This document shows, piece by piece, positions 34,901 to 49,900 of a stretch of DNA of 64,000 bases (positions are counted from its first letter, which is position 1; the number at the start of each line of letters is the position of its first letter). The translations under genes were made by a program, and so were the position numbers. Source of the stretch: Scyliorhinus canicula (Eukaryota); contig NC_052161.1 in NCBI RefSeq assembly GCF_902713615.1, forward strand, positions 114,802,636-114,866,635, read 5' to 3'. The notes beneath the pieces are model-generated. The model was not told the DNA's origin, did no database searches, and saw only the letters and a program-made list of their open reading frames with translations.

Positions 34901-37900
34901 CCCCCAAGAAACCAAACAGTATCTAAAACAGAAAATCAATTGGTGAACGGGACCCCAGCACTATCTGCCCAGTTCTCTTGGACTGCCTGGCAGTCGCCCA
35001 TTCCTTTTCTGCCTCCAGGCTCCTAACCTGCAGTGTGACCACCTCTGAAGGTGCTATCCACGTAGCTCTCAGCCTCACGGATGTGCGGCAGTGACTCCAG
35101 CCGTGATTCGAGCTCTGAAAACCAGGGTTCAAGTTTCTGCAAATGGTGACACTTCCCGTATGTGGTCATCTAGGATACTGGTAACGTCTACGACTTCCCA
35201 TATGTTACAGAATGCGCATTCCATATGACTAACCTGTCCTGCCATGGTTTCAATTTACTTCCCTTTTGTTAACTTAATTTTACTTTAGTTTACTCATACT
35301 ATATTTTACCTGACTTTCATTTACTTTACCTTCTGATTGCTTGTGTTTCTTACTTAAATCTAAGTAGTTACTTCTTTTGAAAATAATGGGTTGTTCTTGT
35401 TTTAGCTACTTAACGACCTGCTTATTCTCCTATTGGTAAGCAGCAGCCAAGACATTTCCACAGCTATACTTAAATTGTTTAAAAGAGGCCAATGACCCTT
35501 AATATTTAAATAAAAATAATTCTCAACAATTCTAAACTACCAGAGATCTCCTTAATTTACCTGGCCCTTTCTTCGTATCTTAGCACGTCTGAATTTCTCT
35601 CGGTGCTTGACTCGGGGATTACGATCAATCTTCTTCCTCTTGGGTGTGAGACCTTTATTCTTGGCAATCTGTAGAGATTTATAGGGAGTTAGAAGAAGCA
35701 CCCAGAGACAATTTTTACAGACAGGGTTACAACGAGATCTCTGTAATCAAATATTGTGAATTGAAAAGTTCAGTGGGTATGCTGCTCAACTAATGATTAA
35801 GATGTGTTTCTGAGTTTATCTTACACACAGCAGCTCACAAAAGACCCAAAATGTGAATGTGACCAGTTCACTTATAACATCCAGTGCCACAGTTTTCTGT
35901 ACCAAAGTCCAAATAAATTGCCGCTCATAATTAATCTGTTCATTATGATCTTGGATTCTCTGCTTGGGAAGCTCTCATTCAACTGGGCATTTGTAAAACA
36001 ACGGAGTTCCCTCCCAGAAGGAACAAAGAGGAAACAAATTACCCCTGAAATAACATTTGCTCATTAAATGTAGTATGCTAAAACGTAGCAGCAAAATTAA
36101 CCTGTGTATTGATTTGTATTAACCTGTGTATTTTTGAATTGAATAATAAATTCTCATTAATATGACCTCAAAGCAATGGGAAAAACTAAACCGAGTCTTA
36201 CGATTTTGAGTTCTATTAAGTATTACAGCTTCAGGTATCCAGAAATAAAGGTTAAAAACACAGCTCTAAAGCAGATAAACAGTAAATGATATGATGTTAG
36301 AATTGAGATAGAAACCTGGTAAGTGATCTTTCTCTTTCCATCTGGACCAAGCACTTCCTTTACCACACTGCTGTCCTCGTTGCTGAAATACGAAATCCAA
36401 CGTTACTGCATTTGAATACATTAATATTTCATTTACAGGAACAAATATTGGTGGTGGTAGTGGGTGGGTGCAGTAAGAAGTGATGTGGAGAGTGATGAAA
36501 TGAAAGATGGGGGTAATTTCAGCTGCCTGGGGTCAAATCAGTAGAGGTATTAGAAGAAACTAGCATGACGGCATTATTTGTGAAATGAATTACCAGTTCA
36601 TCACCCCACTCCCCAATAGGTGCTGCTTCTGGAGTTTGCTGTAGCTTTTCCAAACAGGCGTTTTTCTCATGTTTGATTCCAGGCATTAAACAGCAGATTA
36701 GCCCAACCCTATTCCTAAACCCACCTTCAAACATATTCCAGTTGGGCATCACTGCAAAATGGCAAGGAGCAGAAACACTGATGAGTCAGAAACTTCCATT
36801 TAAAAGGGAACTAATCCCAGTTATGCCTAATTGAAGGCCAATTTTGAGCTTTCCCCTTTGTTGTTACTCAAGCCCTTTTCTGATGCAGTGTGGCTGATTT
36901 TCTTTGTCTCTTTTCTGCTCCAGTAACACCAAATCCAGTTGTTCTATCCCCAATGTATCCTTACCAGAGAATCAAATCAGAGACAAGTGACAAAATGGAA
37001 GTAGGCCAGTTCATGTTGATTTTTAATTTTACTACCGCAGTAGTCATGTGTAGTCATGTGTAGTCATCTTTTTATGGAGATAGGGTGGAAGCATGGGCTT
37101 AAGTTGGATGGTCTTTCCCAGGGCCAGTGGAGACTTGATGGGCCGAATGGCCTCCTTCTGCACTGTAAATTCTATGATTCTATCTTTCCTTCAGTTGGTG
37201 GCACAGTGGTTAGCATTGCTGCCTCACGGCACGGATTGCTGCCTCACGGCACGGAGTCACTGTGTGTGGAATTTGCATCCCTCAATTTGCAAAAAGAAAT
37301 TGGGTACTCTAAATGTATTAAAAAAAAGTCATCTTTCCTTCAACCACTTATTCTTAAATGTTGACATGGTCTGCGTCAATCACAATCTCTTAATTGTGCA
37401 ATGCAGAAGCTCACAACTGAGCATGTAAAATACTTTCTCCTGTTTCTTGCATTGAAGGATCTAGAATGGGGTTGGCAGCCTTGTTTTGCCTGAAGAGCCT
37501 TTTCTGAACAATATTGAATTTCATCTCCCACTTTTTTGACCTTTCCCTCTTCTCATTAAGGTTCCTTTGATCCTGAATTTTAGTATTGTCTTCCCTTCCC
37601 GGAGGCAGTTAATTAAAAAAAATATACAAATTAATGCACGACTTCTCTCCCCACTAAATAAATGATCAATTTACATGCTCTAATAGCCATTCTCCTGATT
37701 AGAGAGGACACAATCTAGGACATATTTTTAAACACATTAATATACCTGTATATACCATGTATAAATAATCAGTACCTGTCCAGTTGAGTTCGCTTTCTCT
37801 TCTGTATCAGCCTCTCCTCCATTTCCTTATAATATTGAAATGCTGCCTCTTCATCTTCATCAGAATCCCCAGTGACCTGCATCAAAACATCAATCCTGTA

Positions 37901-40900
37901 AACTCAAGAATGTGTGGAAAAGTAAAAAATTGTACTCTAGTGACTAGAGTCTAGTCAATCAAATAAATTCATTCATGGTAATAATTAGAGAAAGAGATTC
38001 CCCCATTAATGTTTCACACCCCAAGGCATTGGAAAAATCCAGGCCAAGGGGAATCCCTTCCACTTTCATGTTATTCTCCTAACTAGACTCATTTTGACAC
38101 TGTGCAGTTTTTAAACGGCTGCTTTGTTCCTCACCGTCTGATACCAACATTGATGGAATCTGTACATTGTACACTAACGTAATTTATTCCCTGGGGCAAG
38201 GGAGAGTGAAAAAATAGGGTTGAAGGATAATTTACACGTGCTGGGAAAATATTTGAATTTGAGTTACTAATTATTAAATCCAACCCAAATAGAATAATAA
38301 TAACTGAAAGGGACAGATTCAGCCTGTAAGACCTCACCATAAAACTTAATTTCAACTTCAATATCAAACTTGTATGAAATTGGCGATCACAATATTGAAC
38401 ACAGCTCAGTGTCACTGCCATGAGTTCCCACTTGGATACTCTGCACAATGAGTAACATCAGCTCACCCCTTGAAATTTGGATTCTGGCCCTGATGGCCTC
38501 AGAGGAAAACCTTCTCTCCATCTTACCTCTTCTTCTGCTCTTTGTCCAGCGTTAGCTTGTTTGCTCAATTGAATTGGGGCTTTCTTCACCTCGGAGGCAG
38601 GTTGATCTTTTTCCGGAATTGATCCATGCTCTTGACTAACCTGGTTCAAAAGCTGTTGGATTTCAGGTGACAGCTTTTCATCCACTCCAACCAAGTCATT
38701 GATCAGCTGCAAGAAGAAAACACATAAGCCACTTGGAAGAAAACAGGAGAAATCTGCACCATTTGTTTTTAAACTCAGGCATTTTTTAGCTGGGAACAAT
38801 CTATGCCAAACAACTGGGTATACTTATGGATTCTTCAGTAACGAGGGGCGTTACTGTTCAGTGAATAACGTACTTCAAAGAGTTTGATTCTGGTTGGCGG
38901 AAAGAATAAAACTAATCAGAGGAGAGCATCCTTACGCTAATCCTGTCCACTGCAAAGTAACTAGATTTTGATTGACAAACAGACAGAAACATGAGCCCAG
39001 GCTATCTCTGTGGTCTTATCCCTTGACAGGGAGTGATGCAAAGAAAACTAAAGACCCTGGTGCAGTTAAACCACACAATACTCACATTTCTGTAGGTGAG
39101 CAGTCTCTCAATTACTGGGTGATTGTGAACTGGGATCCGCTTTGCCTTCAGTACCAGGTAAAAACTGATGTTTGTGCAGTAGCTACAGATGAGACCCCAA
39201 AAAAATCATATATTTGAACATTTAAACAGAAAGCAGGGTGGAAAATTAAGAGATGCAAAACATAAAAACAAGAGTAGCGATGTACCATTCAGCCCATCAA
39301 GCCTTCACCACCATTCAGTAAGATCATGGATGATCTTGAGCTTCAATTCCACTTTACCGCTCACTCCCCATATCCCTTGAAACACTAAAAAATCTGCCGA
39401 TCCCAGCCTTAAATCTAATCAACGATGGAGCATCCATAACCCTTTGAGGTAGAGTTCCAAAGATTCACAACCCTTTGAGAGGAGAAATTCCTCTTCATCT
39501 CGGTCTTCAATGGGAGACCCCTCATATTTAAACTGCGCCCCCATGAGAGGAAACATCTTTTCAGCATCTGCTCTGTCAAGCACCCTCAGGATCTTTTAAA
39601 CTTCAGAAAATATCGACCCAATTTACTCAGACCCTCATCATAGGACAACCATCTCATTCCAGGGACCTAATGGGAATGCAAATTATTATCTATGTACAGT
39701 ACATCCCATCCCCATATTATTTCTCAGGCATTATACAAGAAATTTTCATATGCCCTCAGTGGTTATTCCACAATGAAGCTCCCTATTCTATAGTATGTTA
39801 GTGTTACTGTGGCGCTGAAGTCTCAACATGTGCAACATATACCATTTCAACAGATAATCAGTGAGCAGTAACTAAGGAAGTAATGCACACAAAATTTAAA
39901 AAAAACACTTGCATACTTTGTTTTTCCCCCTTCTATCAAACGCACAAAAAGGTTAAAGGACACATGCACAGAGCATATGAATACAAGGATGGAGAGCACA
40001 TGTCTGTCCATTACTCATTATTTTTTACTAATCAAAAAATGCAATTAGTTACTTCTGGTGACCAGTGACAAAGAGATTAGACACCCTGCATTCAAAGCCT
40101 CTGCTTAGTGTCCCAGCCTTTCTGGAAAGGTTTCAGACCAGACAACAAATGACTAAATAAACGTACTTCAGGTACAGATGGTACTTGGTCTGCACATAGT
40201 TGGCACCCTGTGAATAATGAGAGAATAATTGTTACAATAGGCTCCTGAAAGCCTGAACACCCTTCATTTCCAATTCTTTTGAGTCAACGCAAATAAACAA
40301 GTAAACTAAAGCAAATAAACTGAGGGACAAATTTAAGAGACAGCCCCTTAAATGGATAGTGCCTTAAACAAAAAATGATCAAACTAAAATGTGATTAGGT
40401 CAATAAGGCATCCCAGTTCCTAAGGTGCCCACTGAGCAGTAGGCCTTGATGGTGCCAGTGGACACATGTTCCCTCTCCAGGGACACCCAGTTGCGAATGT
40501 GGATGTGGTAGAGGGGCAGGCAGTCTGGTCAGACTTGCTGATGGCAGGTTTGGCCAGGCCCAGAAGCAGGTACATGAAGAGGTTCTCCTCCTTCCCTGCT
40601 CCTCTCTGCACTGAATGCCCGTTGATCAGGAGCGGGGGGCTGAAGTGCAAACAAAACTGCAACAAAAGGTTTTTAAGTACCTGAAAAGGGAGTGCAGTCT
40701 AAAACAACCTATATAAGCATGATCCGCAAACTCTACATGGCTGCAAAAAAAAAACAGGCACTGGGAATCTGAACGTGAGGCAGCTCAGACTGTGGGGCAC
40801 AGGACTTGGGGCCAATGTGTAACTGCATCCGAACATGGGTGTGCTCAGACTGGAGTTCATCACGACCGTTTTGAGGTCACGGATGGCATTGGTCACAAGC

Positions 40901-43900
40901 TCGACAGTCACCGCCATGTAATGCGTTAACTCATGTGTTGGCATCCAGCCCACTCCTCTGCCACTCGGAACGTCCCTGATCCTGATCACCCCAGGAGCCA
41001 CAGGCCATCCCTCCGCCAGCCATTGGAAGTGATATTAGTGAAGGTGCAGATTCCTGAGCAGCAGCTTCCTGACGACAGCTGCTACTCCAGACAGGGGAGA
41101 CCTGCGGCACGAGACGACCATGTTCCAGAATGTAAGTAGGTCCTTGTAAAAGACGGGAAACACCTGTAAGGAGTGACAAAGACCGGTCAGGTCTATGAAC
41201 AGGAGCTGCACATCATAGTTCAGGCCTGCATCTGGCGAAAGAAATAGATCGCCAGGGGACACCATCTAGGAAGGAGCTCTATATAAAGGTAACACTGCAG
41301 CATCTGAAGGTGGAATTCTGCCAACCTGGATGCAAAAGTACACCAGCGCCTGACTGCCCTCTCTAAGCGGGAGACTCAGAATCCCAAGAGAGACCCCTGT
41401 CTTTTATCCCAGAAGTACTCGATGAGCATTCTGTGGATTTTTGTGCCAAAATGGAGGGGCAGGGGAAGAGAGAGGTGACTAACCAGTACCACACCCTACC
41501 AAATTGGCTATTTTGTTCCAATCATACCTTCCCTGCAGGTATCTTCTCACTCTGCACCATTCCCATCAGCGGATGCAGCTCATCCCTCAATTCTGCAAGC
41601 TGCAATAGAAAAAAAATCAAAAACAAAAGTACTGCTTCCAACAGAAACTTACTGATTCCCCTTCTCCACTCCTCCGCCTGCCCCCCCTTTCCCCCTCAGA
41701 CGCCGCAGCCTGCCCCACCTTACCTGCCGCCGCCTGCCCCTCTCTCCGCACCCACCTCTCTTCTACCTCTTTGCGCCCCAGCCTGACCCTCTCTCCTTGC
41801 CACTCCATAGCCGGATTCTCTCCTGCTTCTCTCGACTCTGACTGACGGCTACTTTTGCTCAATTCCTTCTTCTGCCACCTGCTCCTGAACTCTCCGATGC
41901 CCAGGAGAGAAATCAGCAAGTGAAAGAGTGAGGTATGGAAATGGCGAGTGAGAGAGCAGCAAGCAGCATTAGTTAAATTGTTTTGGACAAATATTGGGTG
42001 TCACCTTTACATAAGATCGACTATTATTTGACTAGATTCGTATATGCCATTTAACATCATCCAGAAAATTCACCAAAACAGATGAATAAACTCAAAGAAG
42101 CTTTAAAAAGTTTTGCTAACCTTTGCTTTAAAGTCCTGAATGAGTTCCAGAAGCTCTGGTGACTCTTTCTTCAGGAGTTTCATCTTCTCTTTATGGGACA
42201 TTTTCTTCAAATCTTTCTTGATTTTCAGATCCTTTTCTGGTTCTTTCTCAGCTTCCTGCTCCTGGGCAAACGCCTGTAACAAGAACACTTCATGAAATAA
42301 TCAAATGTTCCCCACAACCACTCTAGAAAAACCTCCCTCCTTTGAAATACAGTCTCAGCAGTGCTGGGAGCTCTTAAGATACCGCATCCGCAGCACGGTG
42401 GTGCAGTGGTTAGCATTGCTGCCTCATGGCGCCAACGTCCAGTTCGATCCCGGCCCCGGGTCACTGTACGTGTAGAGTTTGCATGCTCTCCCGGTGTCTG
42501 CGTGGGTCTCACTCCCACAAACCAAAAAAGATATGCAGGGCACACTAAATTGTCCCTTAATTGTGAAAAAATAATTGGGTACTCTAAATTTATTTATTTT
42601 TAAAAATTTCACCCAATTGGTCATTGTGTGTGTATATGTATATGTGTTGGCATGATATCTTCTCACCTGATATTCATACAAGCCTTGCAAGAGGGATAGT
42701 GGCCGATTGCCCATCTAATACAAAAGGGGCACTGGGCAGAATTAGTCTCCCGAGCGATTAAGATCAGTTGATGGGGGAGGAGAAAAAATATCAAATTTAA
42801 GGAAGGAATGCCTTTCTTTTTGGAAACTTGCATCTTAATCTCACACGAACGGTGGCAATGATGTCTCTTCCATTCAGCGGTATAGAGCTTTGCTTGGATT
42901 TACAGAAAATCATGGATTGAAGATGGCTTTTGGGTACCGTAGTTATTTAAGGCTCTCAGTGAAGTAAGTTCGTGGAATTGTAATCTAGTTCTCAGTAGTA
43001 TGAGTTTACAGTGCAAAATTTAAATAATGTAATATGAAAATACATTTACTTATTTTACAAGGACTAGATTTCTCAACTCTTCAAATTTAGGAAAGCACCC
43101 AAATACAGGTAGTCACAGAGATTAACTCATTCTGCCTCCCCATTACTTTCTACACATGAGTTCCATCAGAACAAATCACACCCACCCACCCACTGTGGGT
43201 CAACACAGTGCAAAGACATTGAATGCAAGAAATGTAGCTGATATTAAGTATTGCAAAGCCAGATGAAAGTAGAGTCCCAATGGAGATGTATCCTAAACCC
43301 AGTGGCACGAAGGGCAGAGAGCAGGAAGTCTGGGGCGGGAATCTCTCAGCCCGGGGCAGGGCCGGAGGATCCCTGCAACCGACGCAAATCGCGCCACGCC
43401 ACCCCAACACAGAGTGGAGAATCGGCACCGGCGTGGTTGGCACGGGGCCGGTCGGGGGCCGCTGCACGCGGCCGGCCCGCCGATTCTCGCAAAACCACAA
43501 AGGCAAAAAAACCATAATGGGAGTTATGTACAGACCTCCTAACAGTGGTCAGGACCAGGGGCGCAACATGTACCGGGAAATAGAAAAGGCATGTCAGAAA
43601 GGCAAGGTCACGGTGATCATGGGGGACTTCAATATGCAGGTGGATTGGGTAAATAACGTAGCCAGTGGATCCAAAGAAAAGGAATTCATGGAATGCTTAC
43701 AAGATGGCTTTTTGGAACAGCTTGTCATGGAGCCCACAAGGGAGCAGGCTATTCTGGACCTAGTGCTATGTAATGAACCAGACTTTATAAAAGATCTTAA
43801 AGTAAGGGAACACTTAGGAAGCAGCGATCATAATATGGTTGAGTTCAGTCTGCAGTTTGAAAGAGAGAAGGCAAAATCGGATGTAATGGTGTTACAGTTA

Positions 43901-46900
43901 AATAAAGGTAATTACGAGGGCATGAGAGAGGAACTGGCGAAAATCGACTGGAAGCAGACCCTAATGGGGAAGACAGCAGAGCAAAAATGGCAGGAGTTTG
44001 TATGCATAATTGAGGACACTGTACAGAGGTTCATCCCCAAGAAAAGAAAGATTATCCGGGGAGGGATTAGACAGCCATGGCTGACAAAGGAGGTCAGGAA
44101 ATGTATCAAAGAAAAAGAGAGATCCTATAAAGTGGCCAAAAGCACTGGGAAATCAGAAGATTGGGAAGGCTACAAAAACAAACAGAGGTTAACAAAGAGA
44201 CAAATAAGGAAGGAGAGGATCAAATATGAAGGCAGGCTAGCCAGTAATATAAGAAATGATAGTAAAAGTTTCTTTCAATACATAAGAAACAAACGACAGG
44301 CCAAAGTAGACATTGGGCCAATTCAAACTGATTCAGGAAGGCTAGTGATGGGAGACGAGGAAATGGCTGGAGAACTTAATAAGTACTTTGCGTCTGTCTT
44401 CACTGTGGAAGACATGAGTAATATCCCAAAAATTATAGAGGGTCAGGGGGCTGAGTTGAGTATGGTTGCCATTACAAAAGAGATGGTGCTAAAAAAGCTA
44501 AAAGGTCTTAAAATTGACAAATCTCCTGGCCCCGATGGGCTACACCCTAGAGTTCTGAGAGAGGTGGCTGAAGAAATAGCGGAAGCGTTGGTTGAGATCT
44601 TTCAAAAATCACTGGAGTCAGGGAAAGTCCCGGACGATTGGAAGATCACTGTTGTAACCCCCTTGTTCAAGAAAGGATCAAGACAAAAGATGGAAAATTA
44701 TAGGCCAATTAGCCTAACCTCGGTTGGTGGTAAAATTCTAGAATCGATCGTTAAGGATGAGATTTCTAAATTCTTGGAAGAGCAGGGTCGGATTAGAACA
44801 AGTCAACATGGATTTAGTAAGGGGAGGTCGTGCCTGACAAACCTGTTAGAATTCTTTGAGGAGGTGACAAGTAGGTTAGACCAGGGAAACCCAGTGGACG
44901 TGGTCTATCTGGATTTCCAAAAGGCCTTTGATAAGGTGCCACACAGGAGGCTGCTGAGTAAGGTGAGGGCCCATGGTGTTCGAGGTGAGCTACTGGCATG
45001 GGTTGAGGATTGGCTGTCTGACAGAAGGCAGAGAGTTGGGATAAAAGGTTCTTTTTCGGAATGGCAGCCGGTGACCAGCGGTGTCCCACAGGGTTCAGTG
45101 TTGGGGCCGCAGCTGTTCACCATATATATTAATGATCTGGATGAAGGGACTGGGGGCATTCTAGCGAAGTTTGCCGATGATACGAAGTTAGGTGGTCAGG
45201 CAGGTAGTGCTGAGGAAGTGGGGAGGCTGCAGAAGGATCTAGACAGTTTGGGAGAGTGATGCAGGAAATGGCTGATGCAATTCAACGTGAGAAAATGTGA
45301 GGTCTTGCACTTTGGAAAAAAGAATCCAAGCATAGACTACTTTCTAAACGGTGAGAAAATTCATAATGCCAAAGTACAACGGGATCTGGGAGTGCTAGTC
45401 GAGGATTCCCTAAAGGTAAACATGCAGGTTGAATCTGTGATTAAGAAAGCGAATGCAATGTTGTCATTTATCTCAAGAGGGTTGGAATATAAAAGCAGCG
45501 ATGTGCTACTGAGCCTTTATAAGGCTCTGGTTAGGCCCCATTTGGAGTACTGTGTCCAGTTTTGGGCCCCACATCGCAGGAAGGACATACTGGCACTGGA
45601 GCGTGTCCAGCGGAGATTCACACGTATGATCCCTGGAATGGCGGGTCTAACATATGATGAACGGCTGAGGATCCTGGGATTGTATTAATTGGAGTTTAGA
45701 AGGTTAAGGGGAGATCTAATAGAAACTTACAAGATAATACATGGCTTAGAAAGGGTGGATGCAAAGAAACTGTTTCCGTTAGGCGAGGAGACGAGGACCC
45801 GTGGGCACAGCCTTAGAATTAGAGGGGGTAAATTCAGAACAGAAATGCGGAGACATTTCTTCAGCCAGAGAGTGGTGGGCCTGTGGAATTCATTGCCGCA
45901 GAGTGCAGTGGAGGCCGGGACGCTAAATGGCTTCAAGGCAGAGATAGATAAATTCTTGATGTCGCGAGGAATTAAGGGCTACGGGGAGAATGCTGGTAGG
46001 TGGAGTTGAAATGCCCATCAGCCATGATTGAATGGCGGAGTGGACTCGATGGGCCGAATGGCCTTACTTCCACTCCTATGTCTTATGGTCTTATGGCCGT
46101 TGTAAAAAAAGCTGAGTCCCGCCGGCGCCGTCCACACCTGCTCTCAGCCGGCGTGAACTCGGCGTGAAAGAGTCCGACCCCAGCGGGGGCCTCCGATATG
46201 GCCTGGCCCGCGATCGGGGCCCACCAATTGGCGGGCCGGCCTCTCTGGCTGGGGGCCTCCTTTCTTCCACGCCAGTCCCTGTAGTCCTGTTGCGTCGGGG
46301 CCGGCACGTTGAAGGAAGCCACTGCGCACGTGCGTGTTGGCGCCGGTGCCACTGCACATGCGCGGATCCCACGGCGCCCATTTGACACCAGGATTAGCAG
46401 CTGGAGCGGCGTGATTCGCTCCAGTGCTGTGCTGGCCCCCTGTAGGGGCCAGAAATGCTGATCCTGAGTCTGTGTTGACGCTGTCGAGAAACGCGACGTA
46501 GTTTCCAACGGCGTCAACACCTACCCTCAGGATCACAGAATCCCACCCCTGATTCAGCACTTTAAAAAGGCTTTAGTAAAGAAACACACCAGAAATGTCT
46601 AGTTGTCAAACATTATTTGAATTAAGTCAAAAAGTTTCCTTCAGTGCAACTTTGCACATCGAATCCAAAAACCACTTTCACAGTTCAATTTGGACCACCG
46701 GTTACCTGAATAAGGTCCAGGCCAAAGTCATCCTCTGTCAGATTCTCAGCCAAACGTTTCTGAATGTTCAAAGCTTCTTGTTCCTCCTCCTCAGCATCTG
46801 CCAGTGCCTCCTCCTGAAGCTTACCACCTGCAAATGTATAAACAGCCAGACACTGAGCATGATAAATTCCTGCACCTCCCTGATTTAAGAGTATGGTTAA

Positions 46901-49900
46901 GTACAAAGTGGAAAATGCAAGATTATCATTTCCCGGCTGAGGTTCACATGTCAAATGGAAGAGGTTGCCTTGATGAAACGCAATAAAGCACCATAGTTCA
47001 GCTGTACTCGCTGCATTCACACAGGTCCCAGGGCCACTGGTGGACAGCTTCAAACGGGTCATGCACCCAGAATGAAAGAATGTCACCCAGAGACGATGGT
47101 GGGTACGGGGTCGGTGTGGGAGCGGGTGGAGGCTGCTTTGTGCAGGGGCACCAGCTTGGCAGCCCTGGTCACGGCTCCCCTGCCGCTCCCGCCGGCCAGG
47201 TACTCCACCAGCCCTATAGTGGTGGCAACTTTGCGGATTTGGGGTCAATGGAGGAAGCATGGGGGGGGGGGGGGGGGGGGGGGGGGAGTGGGAGCGTCGG
47301 TCTGGTTCCCAATACGTGACAACCATCCGAAAGATGGATGGCGGGTTTCAAGCATGGCGGAGGTGGGAAGGATGGGCGACTTGTTCCTGGAAGGGAGTTT
47401 TGCGAACATGAGGGCGCTGGAGGAGAAGTTCGGGCTGGCGAGGGGGAATTACTTTTGGTACTTGCAGGTGCGTGATTTCGTACGTAGACAGGTCCCGTCC
47501 TTTCCACGGCTTCCACCAAGGGGGATCCAGGACAGGGTGATTTCCAGGGGTGAGGTAGGAGAGGGGAGAGTCTCAGATATTTATAAAGGAGCTTATGGGA
47601 GCGGAGGACACAGGGACCGAGGAACTGAAACTCAAGTGGGAGGAGGAGCTCAGTGGGGAGTTGGAGGGAGGCGTATGGGCAGACACTCTGAGGAGGGTAA
47701 ATGCAACCCCAACACGTGCGAGGCTCGGCCTGATTCAGTTCAAGGTGGTTCACTGGGCCCACATGACGGTGGCCCGGAAGAACAAATTCTTTGGGCTGGA
47801 GGACAAGTGTGCTAGATGTGGGGGAGGACCAGCGAACCATGTCCACATGTTCTGGGCGTGTCCAAAACTCAGGGGATACTGGTAGGGATTTGCGGACGTC
47901 ATATCCTGGGGACTGAAAACAAGGGTGGCGATGAGTCCAGAGGTGGCGATTTTTGGGGTGTCGGAAGACCCGGGAGTCCAGGAGGGGATAGAGGCCGACG
48001 TGGTGGCCTTTGCTGCCCTGATAGCCCGGTGACGAATACTGTTGGCCTGGAGGGACTCAAATCCCCCAAGGACCGAAGTATGGCTGTCGGACATGGCAAG
48101 CTTTCTCGGCTTGGAAAAAAATCAAGTTCGCCTTACGAGGGTCACTACTGGGGTTCGCCCAGAGGTGGCAACCATTCATCGACTTCTTCGCGGGGAACTA
48201 ATCGTCAGTGGGGGGGGGGGGGGGGGGAGAATAGTGTAGAGTAGGGGGGAAGAATAGGCGGGTCTATCTGCGAGAGTGGTACTGTTATTTGCACTATGTC
48301 TTTTGTAATTGGTATCTGCACACTAATGTATATTGTTACTGTTTACAATGCCAAAAGTACCTCAATAAAATTGTCTGTTAAAAAAGAATGTCACCCAGAG
48401 ACATGACGAACGAAAAGAAAAAAAATAAACATGCACTGACCAAGCATCCCTAGATTGACATATATTGCTTCCAAAGGGCTGGGTGTTGAGGGAATCTGAA
48501 AATCAGACCTAATATGTAGCATTATATAACAAATATGGGCAAATTTGGGCAGCACGGTAGCATAGTAGGTTAGCACAATCGCTTCACAGCTCCAGGGTCC
48601 CAGGTTCGATTCCTGGCTTGGGTCACTGTCTGTGCGAAGTCTGCACATTCTCCCCGTGTGTGCGTGGGTTTCCTCCGGGTGCTCCTGTTTCCTCCCACAG
48701 TCCAAAGATGTGCAGGTTAGGTGGATTGGCCATGCTAAATTGCCCTTAGTGTCCAAAACTGACCTTAGTGTTGGGTGGGGTTACTGGGTTATGGGGATAG
48801 GATGGAGGTGTGGACCTTGGGTAGGGTGCTCTTTCCAAGAGCCGGTGTAGACTCGATGGCCGAATGGCCTCCTTCTGCACTGTAAATTCTATTTAAAAAA
48901 TGACAATGGGTGTTTGTGGCTGAAGCCTAGCGTAGTTAAGTGAATTATTTTTGCAATTTATTTAACATGCACAGCATTGGAGATGAAGACCCTTGCAGAT
49001 GAAGACCCTTTGTCCCACTTGATTCTATCTTTCCAAAATACCAAGCCAAGTATCTCACCATGATTCCAATGTCCAAGCTTCTGTTTTATTAAAAAACACA
49101 GCCCCAACATGGAAACTTCCTGGGAACATGGAAGTGAAAGGTTTGCTACTGAACAGTAACTTGCTACAGAACAAACCAGACAATGGGCTAAATAAGAAGG
49201 TAGAGAACCTGGCACTAAGACACGCAAAGGAAATGTGAAGTGAGCAAACCTACATTCAATTCATTTTGTTACTGAACCTCGAAGGGGAATGCATCCCTAG
49301 ATGTTGAAAATGTTCAATGACACACAGGACCAATACAAGCCATTTTGTGTTACATTCTGAGAGCAGAAACCAGCTGAGGAACATTTGAATGAGTACAACC
49401 TAGTTTACACTAGCTCACAGGGAACAGCAGTGACTTTGGTATTGTTAGTTCCTGATGAGGGGTTGCCATCCAATACCTGAACATATTTTTGCTTTCTGGT
49501 GATAACTGATCCATTTTACATCTCCTATTTTTAATTCCATTTATTTCTCAAAGTGGCAAGAAGCTCTCTGTGCAGTGCATATAACAAAATCAAAAGCATT
49601 TGTCCACAAAGAACTGGGTACAATGCATGTAGGAAACCTTCCCCTCCCTGATGAAGCTGATTCAAGATGGGAAATTAGCGCACTTACGCGGAAGCTCGTC
49701 GACATAGTCTGTATTGTAATATGCCGCTTTCCTCTGGCCCCAGGCCAACTCATTAGGGAGACCTGAAAAACAAAGGAAGCAAACATGAGCTCTACTGTGA
49801 AAGAAAATAATTGAGCAGTGTCTGGTATTTTATCAGATACAGGTCAGATGGATCATAAGCATAGAACAAGAAAGCAGTTTAAAAGAAAATTACCAGAACT

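Noticed and set aside
36515-36610. Box C/D snoRNA candidate in a UTP3 intron (minus: GTGATGA ... CTGA)
   Set aside because: No terminal stem adjacent to the boxes and no rRNA-complementary guide that I could recognise; a snoscan or Infernal run would settle it.
46685-47326. 213-aa minus-strand ORF
   Set aside because: Chance read-through from antisense L1 and intron into UTP3 exon 7; only 46706-46827 is real coding sequence.
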